Assembly (NCBI GenBank): GCA_026414165.1
Contig: JAOAJN010000001.1
Location: 137,066 to 201,065, forward strand
DNA from: Candidatus Methanomethylicaceae archaeon
GTDB taxonomy: Archaea > Thermoproteota > Methanomethylicia > Methanomethylicales > Methanomethylicaceae
Direction of reading: 5' to 3'
Length of the DNA: 64,000 bases
Numbering within the stretch: position 1 is the first letter of the stretch; each line of letters begins with the position of its first letter. The position numbers and the translations under genes were made by a program. Below are positions 31,689-38,999 of this stretch, in pieces. A model generated the notes under the pieces. It was not told the origin of the DNA. It saw only the letters and a program-made list of their open reading frames with translations, and made no database searches.

Positions 31689-32165
31689 GTGATTTGCTTG
31701 GCATCATCATCGTCCCTAACAGATAGACAACTACAGATCTTGAGGATGCTATTTAAGATTAGCGATAGCACCACTGTGTTTACGGTTAAGAAAACACAAA
31801 CAGAGTTGGCTAAGGAACTCAACCTCACGAGGCAAGCTTTAAACATACACCTCCGGCGCCTCAGAGAGGAGGGCCTCATCAGGACTGGCAGGGGTTTCAT
31901 AGACCTCACAAGGAAGGCTCTTCAGATTCTGGGCGCTGGCACCTCTGAGGCTTTTGTCTTTCTAAGAGTGATCCCGTCAAAGAGGGAACAGGTCTATGAG
32001 ATCGTAAAGTCGCTGCCCTCCATCAGGCTCTTCAGGGTGACTGGCGAGATTGATCTTGTTGCCATGGTTCCACAATCCCAGCTCGACTCTTTCCTTGAGA
32101 AAGTCTCTTCAATCGAGGGCGTTGAATCCACGTCTTCCCATGTGATAATATCCGTCCTAAAATGA
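31689..32165 (+). CDS. Lrp/AsnC-family-like transcriptional regulator
   Basis: wHTH TQTELAKELNLTRQALNIHLRRLREEGLI plus a C-terminal RAM-like domain (AFVFLRV...VTGEIDLVAMV). Confidence 0.65.
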   Translation: MICLASSSSLTDRQLQILRMLFKISDSTTVFTVKKTQTELAKELNLTRQALNIHLRRLREEGLIRTGRGFIDLTRKALQILGAGTSEAFVFLRVIPSKREQVYEIVKSLPSIRLFRVTGEIDLVAMVPQSQLDSFLEKVSSIEGVESTSSHVIISVLK

Positions 32166-32256
32166 ATATTGACTATAAATTCAGATTGATACCTAATTTT
32201 TGGAAGAAAAATTTATAATACTGGAAATCTTGAGTGAAAGAAAACTGGTGTTCCAA

Positions 32257-32418
32257 ATGCCTGTCCAAGACCCAGAAAAATTGAAGATCGCCCAAAAGCA
32301 CCTCCTATACATAAAGATCTGTAGGAGGTGCGGGGCTAGAAATCCGATGTCTGCCGAGAAATGTAGAAGGTGCCGTAGCAAAGAGTTGCGTCCTAAGAGA
32401 CGGGAATTGAAGCGTTAA
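32257..32418 (+). CDS. rpl40e: 50S ribosomal protein eL40
   Basis: KICRRCGARNPMSAEKCRRCRSKELRPKRRE Zn ribbon, 53 aa. GGTG-N6-ATG at 32257; the ORF-track start at 32200 is likely an overcall. Confidence 0.8.
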   Translation: MPVQDPEKLKIAQKHLLYIKICRRCGARNPMSAEKCRRCRSKELRPKRRELKR

Positions 32419-32457
32419 CAAAAGGTTTTTCTACCTTTTCACAGTTTAGCAATACAA

Positions 32458-32548
32458 GGGCCCGTAGTCTAGTCTGGCTAGGACACCTTTATGGCCTAAA
32501 GTCGCCCTCACACGGCGAAGGTCTCCGGTTCGAGTCCGGACGGGCCCA
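32458..32548 (+). tRNA. tRNA-Val (anticodon CAC) with a ~16-nt intron at a non-canonical site (between position 26 and the anticodon stem)
   Basis: Manual fold: GGGCCCG-TA-GTCT-AGTCTGGCTA-GGAC-A-[CCTTTATGGCCTAAAG]-TCGCC-CTCACAC-GGCGA-AGGTC-TCCGG-TTCGAGT-CCGGA-CGGGCCC-A. The intron is about 32486-32501 and the mature length is 75 nt. Confidence 0.75.
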
Positions 32549-33091
32549 CTCCAATTTTGGCACGGACCAAAGTTTTAAATTATTCTACTGACGCTACCCT
32601 TCATTAAAAGTAAACCTCAGCAGTCTAAATTTATGATTGCCTAAAACGAATCCTTGAATTCACAGATAGTGGCGAGATCCTCCCTACAATACCGCACATC
32701 CGTAATGAAGTAGGAGGACCATGTAGGGATAAGTCTTGCAGGGTCGTAAGTTTGTCGCTCATGTAAAGTGGGCCATGCAGAAGGGTAACCAATGATAGAT
32801 AAGTGACAACAGTTGCACTCATTAAGTCCAAGAACGAGATAACGAGGAAGGACGATTAAGTAAGGAAACGCTACTAACGAAGTCAATCTGTGCCTTAATA
32901 ACTTGGAACGCACCAGTAGACAATACTTTTTCCAGTGATTTCAATATTATCTTTTTTATTTAAAGAGAATTTTGACCATAATTTTTATATCATATAATGA
33001 AAATTAATATAATAAAAATTATGATTTCATCACATAAAATTCGCTACTCCACGCTTAAAGTGTATCGAGTCGAACGAGGAGAGAGACAATT

Positions 33092-34492
33092 ATGAAGGGG
33101 TTGGCTCCATTAATATCGATTGTCTTAATGATACTCCTCTCAATAACGGGCTCTACCGTAACTTATGTTTTCATCAACGAATTCGCTGGAGATCTTACTT
33201 CTAACTCTCAAACAATTATACCAATAATGCTGGTAGAGTTTGTAAAAGCAAGAGACTATGATGTGGCAGAGATTTATATCAGGAATCTTGGCGCAAGCAC
33301 AGTAAATGTCGACAGCGTTTACCTGCTATCGCTGGATGGTGTTGTAGTTGATAGATACGCGCTCCCTTCCCCCACTCCCATACCATCCGGTCAATTTGCT
33401 AAGCTCGCCGTGAAACCGTGGTCCCTTATGGCTCCAAAAAATGGGAATTATTATGTGAAGGTCACAACTTTGGAGGGTGGTCTTGGGTTCTCTGACAAAT
33501 TCTACCTGAAGAAGCTCTATCTCGGCGATTGGGTAGAATATTCCGCAAATCCAGTCCTCGACCCCGCGATTAGAGCGTACTATCCCTGCGTGATCTATGA
33601 TTCAAACAGTTTCAGTGGACACGGAGAGTCTGCTAAGTATAAGATGTGGTTCAACTCCTACTCTGACAAATACACAATATGGCTCGCTCATTCAAACGAC
33701 GGCATAAATTGGATTGTTGGTAACTCCTTCGTATCTGGGCTGGCTTCAAGCGCAGGTCATCCTTGGGTTCTGCACTTTCCAGACGGGTTTCTGGGAAAGA
33801 ATAGCGGGAATAATCCTAGCGGAACAACAATGTACTACCGAATATGGTACTGGGATGCAAGTAAACTTTATACGGTCGAGGCAATTAGGTATGCCGAATC
33901 GCCGGATGGTGTTAACTGGTATAACGATCAACCCCTCCAGAACGGCGCTGTACCGATCATAACAGGAATTTACCCTGACTGGAACAGGGGCTCATACGGT
34001 CCAGCATGTGTCCTTTACAATCCCTCAGCCAAAAACAGTGGGACTGACTGGACATTTATGATGTACTACGACGGCACATCTGGGGGTAATGAAAGTCTTG
34101 GCGTTTGCTTCTCGAGCGATGGTGTGATCTGGAATGGGTATGACCAAAATGGGGATGGAAAGGCGGATCCCGTACTCACAGGGAGCGGCTCTGGCTGGGA
34201 TGCACAATACGTCTACCCATGCACGGTCCTTAAGATAGGATCACAATATCACATGCTCTACAGCGGAGGTGTGTCTGGAACGAATGAGGGAATAGGATAC
34301 GCCATTTCGAGTGACGGTCTCACATGGACAAAGGATCCGAACAACCCTGTCTTTCACAAGAGCGACGGTATATCTTGGAGAAAAAATCGAACATATACGC
34401 CTGCTGTGGTCGAAGTTGACGGGACTTTTAAGATGTGGTTTACGGGTGTTAGTGCAGAGAATTACGCAATCGGCTATGCCACTCCTAAGTAA
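33092..34492 (+). CDS. exported protein: archaeal type IV pilin-like (class III) signal and N-domain fused to an Asp-box beta-propeller (glycosidase/sialidase-like)
   Basis: N-terminus MKG/LAPLISIVLMILLSITG. Four SxDGxxW Asp-boxes (SNDGINW, SPDGVNW, SSDGVIW, SSDGLTW) in the C-terminal ~330 aa. Confidence 0.7.
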   Translation: MKGLAPLISIVLMILLSITGSTVTYVFINEFAGDLTSNSQTIIPIMLVEFVKARDYDVAEIYIRNLGASTVNVDSVYLLSLDGVVVDRYALPSPTPIPSGQFAKLAVKPWSLMAPKNGNYYVKVTTLEGGLGFSDKFYLKKLYLGDWVEYSANPVLDPAIRAYYPCVIYDSNSFSGHGESAKYKMWFNSYSDKYTIWLAHSNDGINWIVGNSFVSGLASSAGHPWVLHFPDGFLGKNSGNNPSGTTMYYRIWYWDASKLYTVEAIRYAESPDGVNWYNDQPLQNGAVPIITGIYPDWNRGSYGPACVLYNPSAKNSGTDWTFMMYYDGTSGGNESLGVCFSSDGVIWNGYDQNGDGKADPVLTGSGSGWDAQYVYPCTVLKIGSQYHMLYSGGVSGTNEGIGYAISSDGLTWTKDPNNPVFHKSDGISWRKNRTYTPAVVEVDGTFKMWFTGVSAENYAIGYATPK

Positions 34493-34658
34493 ACCATAAA
34501 ACATTCAAAAACCAATTTCACCGCTAGTGTCCCTTTGAGTTACTATGCGCCTTACTAGGGCTGTCTTCAGTTAATTTAATTGTAAAGGGTCGCTTGAACC
34601 GAAGGTATGCCTAAGCCCAGGAATCAATAATCTAACCTCGATGGAGTATAACACATGG

Positions 34659-35759
34659 TCAAAACAGACTAAGATACTCCCTCTCAATCTTCTTTACCAC
34701 TTTCTCCCAGTCATGCTTGTGGGCTTCCTCGAAAGCCTTAGCGCTTATCCTTTCAGAGAGCTCGGGGTTCTGGAGCAATGCCCGCGTCTTCTCCGCCATG
34801 CCCCTGACATCATATCTGTTTACCAAAAAGCCAGTCTCTCCATCCTTTATGACCTCTCCTATGCCTCCCTGTCTAATTGCAACTACTGGAGTCTTTGATG
34901 CCATGGCTTCCAGCAGTACTATACCGAATGCCTCACCAAATATAGATGGCATCAGGAAGACATCGGCCAATCTATACAATTCGATCAATCTAGCCCTTGA
35001 AACATTCTCTTCTACAACCACGTTATTCTGAAGGTCAAGTGCCTTGATGATCCCCCTCAATAACCCTCCTGAATTGCCAGCACCAGCTATAGTGAGTCTT
35101 GCCTCGGTAACATCGTCCACGATCCTCCTCATTACTTCGAGGAGGAGATGTACGCCCTTCCTGTAGGAAAACCTTCCCACGAATAGGATATTTCTGCCGT
35201 TGAATACCTTAATTGCTGGGGCGAACGCCTCCAAGTCGACCCCGTTTGGTATCACGCTGGCATTCTTATCCGTAAAATGAGATATGAAGGCCGCTGCGGC
35301 ATTGCTCACCGCTATAATTCTGTCTGCCATATTAATATACTGCCTGTATGGAAATAGGATGTATGACGAAGGTCTCCACAGGTGCTCGAATTCGTACATT
35401 ATTTGTATTGAATGGTTTGTGAGTACTGTCCGCATTCCCAGCTTCTTACCTACAACTAACGAGAATAGCGATATAGGAGAAAATGCATGATGCGAGTGCA
35501 CAATATCTGGCTTGATCTCTTCAATAACACTCCTCAGTTCTTCAAGTCGAGGTACATCGAGAGTGTTGGAAGTTCCAAAGAATGAACCCACCCTAATGAC
35601 ATTGAGTCCGTGGCCCTTGTCATCAAATCTGGCTTTTTTAGTCACTATAAATACTTCATAGCCATTCTCTTCAAGCGCCTTCGCTAAGTGCTCTATATGC
35701 GTTGTTATGCCTCCGAATTTAGGATAGAAGTAGTCACTGCACAGTGCTACCCGCACCAA
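34659..35759 (-). CDS. glycosyltransferase family 4 (GT-B)
   Basis: MVRVALCSDYFYPKFGGITTHI N-terminus and EAFGIVLLEAMASKTPVV (E-x7-E) motif. Confidence 0.85.
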   Translation of the reverse strand: MVRVALCSDYFYPKFGGITTHIEHLAKALEENGYEVFIVTKKARFDDKGHGLNVIRVGSFFGTSNTLDVPRLEELRSVIEEIKPDIVHSHHAFSPISLFSLVVGKKLGMRTVLTNHSIQIMYEFEHLWRPSSYILFPYRQYINMADRIIAVSNAAAAFISHFTDKNASVIPNGVDLEAFAPAIKVFNGRNILFVGRFSYRKGVHLLLEVMRRIVDDVTEARLTIAGAGNSGGLLRGIIKALDLQNNVVVEENVSRARLIELYRLADVFLMPSIFGEAFGIVLLEAMASKTPVVAIRQGGIGEVIKDGETGFLVNRYDVRGMAEKTRALLQNPELSERISAKAFEEAHKHDWEKVVKKIEREYLSLF

Positions 35760-36159
35760 TCATCACCTCGTATAAATGGGATACTTGTATCACGTCCATA
35801 TATTTCTCATCATATTAAGCCGAATATCATACATCCTTACACAATCCGGAACTCCCTGCTCAATGAGTTGCCGTTATTGTGACACTCTGCCCCGCGAAAC
35901 CTATTTCCTTAACCGCCACATCTGGGTCCGTCAGTTTAATGCAGTAGTCGTGACGGTCATGCCGATGTTAAACGACTAGCATGATGTATAACCATCAGAC
36001 CAATTCTCTCAGATCATCCGCATGAATAAAGTTACATTCTAACCCGTAGAAAAGTAGAGAATTAATACTTTTCAAAACTGCATTAAGGCAGACGAACAAG
36101 TCCTCATTCCCAACAATTCTCCTAGAGGAAGAAAGATAACGAGCCAAACTACAAAAGTT

Positions 36160-37092
36160 TCAGCGAGTCACTTTCTCCATCACTCTATCAGTTATCTTAC
36201 CAACAATTGACTCATACCCCATTGTCATGATGTGTATGCCTGCAGTTCTCGTCGTCCTCTTCAACTCCTTTATAAGCTCTGAAAAATAGTCTATGTTAAC
36301 CGTGTCTATTTTATTTCTACTTTCCGTTGCGTTACTGAAAGATTCTGCGCTCTTAAGTCCTTCTATGTACTCCCTTGGCACATAAATCCCTGGTATCTTA
36401 TTTACTATGAATTCTGCTATCCTATGTGATTTACACGGAAATATCCCGATTAATATTGGAACGGAAGAATTGAGCTCCTTCACGAACCTCTTTGCCTTAT
36501 CAACATCGAATACTATCTGAGTCTGTATGAATTCCGCACCCGCATTAATCTTCCTCTCTACTTTGCATACCTCAACCTCCAGCGGATCCGCATTCGGGTT
36601 CCCTACGACCCCGACATGTAATCTTACCTCCCCCTCTATGGCGTTTCCGTTAAGATCAATTCCTCTGTCAACCATGCCTCTCACCATCTGCACAAACTGC
36701 GTAGAGTCCAAATCATAGACTGGCATCGCACCAGGGTTATCCCCCCCAGTTGTATGATCGCCACTAATGACCAATACATTCCTTATACCAAGTGCTGATG
36801 CCCCCAAAAGGTCTGAGATCAAAGCAAGCCTATTCCTATCTCTTACTGTCATATGGCATATAGTCTCAAGTCCAGTTTCCTTCTGTATCACATATGACGC
36901 AACCAAACTACTCAAGTATGCCCTAGCTCGGGGGTTGTCCGTAACATTACATGCTACGACATGACTCTTGAGAGTCTTTGCTGCTCCAATGATCCCTTCC
37001 AACCTTGTTGTCTTCTTCGGCTCGATCTCTCCGGTGAATACAAATTTACCATCATTTAATGCCTTCATAAAATCACTGTATGCACTCTTCAA
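36160..37092 (-). CDS. metF: methylenetetrahydrofolate reductase MetF-like
   Basis: 310 aa TIM-barrel MTHFR-like sequence (FVFTGEIEPKKT, NVTDNP, ISGDH). Paired with a MetV-type gene upstream. Confidence 0.75.
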   Translation of the reverse strand: MKSAYSDFMKALNDGKFVFTGEIEPKKTTRLEGIIGAAKTLKSHVVACNVTDNPRARAYLSSLVASYVIQKETGLETICHMTVRDRNRLALISDLLGASALGIRNVLVISGDHTTGGDNPGAMPVYDLDSTQFVQMVRGMVDRGIDLNGNAIEGEVRLHVGVVGNPNADPLEVEVCKVERKINAGAEFIQTQIVFDVDKAKRFVKELNSSVPILIGIFPCKSHRIAEFIVNKIPGIYVPREYIEGLKSAESFSNATESRNKIDTVNIDYFSELIKELKRTTRTAGIHIMTMGYESIVGKITDRVMEKVTR

Positions 37093-37104
37093 TTACGCTC
37101 CCGC

Positions 37105-37743
37105 CTACCTCATTCTCAGCTCTTGAGGCTCTGCCTTCTTCGATCTGTCTCGAACCTTCCTTATCTCTTTAAATCTTTCAACAATGCCCTGCTCCTCAAG
37201 CCTCTTGTAAATCATCACCCAAGCGCAGTCCCTCACGTGTCCGCCCGCCTCACACTTTCCATTTGCCATCCCACCACAGGGTCCGTTGAGCAAACCTTTA
37301 GCACATCTAACTATTGGACATATCCCTCCAGTTTCGTGGATAATGCAGTCGCCACATGCCCTGCACCTCTCGTAGAATCTTCCTATTCGTTCAGTCTCAC
37401 CCACGAACAGAGTGTCCAAACCAGGTATCACGATCTTGCCAGTAAACTCGCCAATGGCTTGAGCTCCAGACCCGCAACATAGAGCTAGAATGACATCTGC
37501 TGCATCTACTACGTCCAAATGAGGGGAAAGATCTCTCCTCAAAACTCTAATGTCGCATGGTGTCTCCACGACAATTTTCCCGCAAGTCCTCTTCCCGAGC
37601 AGATTTGCCACAGCATCAACCTCTTCCTCCCCTCCCGTCTGGCAGAGCGTGGCACAAGTACCACAACCCACAATGAACACTCTCTCAAAACCTTCTAACG
37701 ATCTTAAAAATACCTCTTTGGGCTTTGACTTCGTTATAATCAA
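37105..37743 (-). CDS. metV: MetV-type Fe-S/Zn protein (MTHFR C-terminal-domain family)
   Basis: Cys-rich: GCGTCATLCQ, CRACGDC and CPIVRCAKGLLNGPCGG...GKCE, which is characteristic of the MTHFR_C domain. Confidence 0.7.
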   Translation of the reverse strand: MIITKSKPKEVFLRSLEGFERVFIVGCGTCATLCQTGGEEEVDAVANLLGKRTCGKIVVETPCDIRVLRRDLSPHLDVVDAADVILALCCGSGAQAIGEFTGKIVIPGLDTLFVGETERIGRFYERCRACGDCIIHETGGICPIVRCAKGLLNGPCGGMANGKCEAGGHVRDCAWVMIYKRLEEQGIVERFKEIRKVRDRSKKAEPQELRMR

Positions 37744-37855
37744 TTAAACCAACTCACGAGTTACAGTAAGAAATCTCGCCATTAATTTATAATTATCGCA
37801 TGGGCAGCGGCTTTTTATCCTCGACTGTGGCATATATCGTAAGAGGCGGCTTAAT

Positions 37856-38227
37856 ATGGTAGTTAAAGAGGAGACTTTCACCGAGATTGTGACTTTCGAG
37901 TATATAATGTGGCGAAAATCTTACATCGGCGGGGAGATAAAGGTTCTACTTGATGTTACTGAGGATGCAGGAAATACTGGGAGGGGCAAGATCTTAGATA
38001 TACTGAGCGCTAAGCGCCCCTACCTTTACGACGACTACACCGACCTGCACGGGGGCATTGACTCATTCTGCAAACGCACAACACTTGAGGAGATCAGATC
38101 AATGCTAGTTGGACGCGAAGGAACCTTTGAACATGACGAAAAAACCATTCCACCAACACACTGCTTTAAACTCAAGGAGCAATTTCCAATAGACATAAAA
38201 CCGAAGGGTAGTCATTTTGGTCCTTGA
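37856..38227 (+). CDS. hypothetical protein
   Basis: 123-aa ORF overlapping the mobA start by 11 nt. No recognisable motif. Confidence 0.35.
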   Translation: MVVKEETFTEIVTFEYIMWRKSYIGGEIKVLLDVTEDAGNTGRGKILDILSAKRPYLYDDYTDLHGGIDSFCKRTTLEEIRSMLVGREGTFEHDEKTIPPTHCFKLKEQFPIDIKPKGSHFGP

Positions 38228-38819
38228 TATTGCCGCCGTCATTTTGGCAGGAGGACGTTCTTCTAGGATCGGAAGTTACAAACCTCTTTTAAAACTGGCA
38301 GGTCGGCCACTCATATCCTACGCAATAGAGATCGCCCGTTTTACAGCAGAGTCTCCATACATTCTTGTGAGTAGCCCTGAGCAAGCAGAAGTTCTCATGC
38401 AGTTAGAATGCACAGACAACGCTACCTTCCTAACAGACCCTGAGGACTCTGATGGTCCTTTCTCTGTGGTGAAATCCTTATCCAAGGTAAATGAAAACCT
38501 GATATTTCTCATGGGATGTGATACCCCTTTTCTTGAACGTCGCCTACCACTTATTTTACACCAACATCTTGGCAACTCCTCTGCAGTGGTTCCAATGTGG
38601 CCCAATGGTTATTTGGAGCCGCTTGCTGCTCTTTACAGCAAGAAGTCACTATCAGGGATAATCTCTGCAAAATCATTCAGAGAAATCGTAGCTAAGATTG
38701 GTGCAAGGACTGTTGAGATAGGTGTATTGGGCGTCCTACCCGAGTCCTTCTTCAACATCAACACATTATCAGATTTGAAAAAAGCCGAGCTAATGCTAAA
38801 AAATATATCAGGAGTTTGA
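38217..38819 (+). CDS. mobA: molybdenum cofactor guanylyltransferase MobA
   Basis: AAVILAGGRSSRIG..KPLLKLAGRPLI N-terminal nucleotide-binding motif. 200 aa, TTG start. Confidence 0.75.
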   Translation: MVLDIAAVILAGGRSSRIGSYKPLLKLAGRPLISYAIEIARFTAESPYILVSSPEQAEVLMQLECTDNATFLTDPEDSDGPFSVVKSLSKVNENLIFLMGCDTPFLERRLPLILHQHLGNSSAVVPMWPNGYLEPLAALYSKKSLSGIISAKSFREIVAKIGARTVEIGVLGVLPESFFNINTLSDLKKAELMLKNISGV

Positions 38820-38999
38820 TATTATAATTTAAAAAAGATTTAACTTTTAGCAAAAAGTTTGCGCTTTGGTCTTGTTGATACCTAAATTTTTCCTTCAAGA
38901 TCCATATCCTACGCCAACCTCACCAAATTATCCCGCTTTGAATTGATTATTGAAGGCATAAAGTCCTATTTGAACGATGAACACCTCTTTATTTGAAGC

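Noticed and set aside
32560-32930. RNase P RNA, SRP RNA or 5S rRNA in the ORF-free region after tRNA-Val.
   Set aside because: I could not find the universal GAGGAAAGTCC / ACAGNRA motifs, SRP helix-8-type motifs or 5S-like sequence on either strand. The region is kept only as an unexplained region in the findings.
35760-36159. A 400-bp intergenic region with two small + strand ORFs (64 and 67 aa), a CCGTCA...TGACGG hairpin and an ATGATGT element.
   Set aside because: The ORFs have no protein-like features or SD. The C/D-box-like elements fail the consensus. This is most simply the GT4 promoter plus the metF terminator region.
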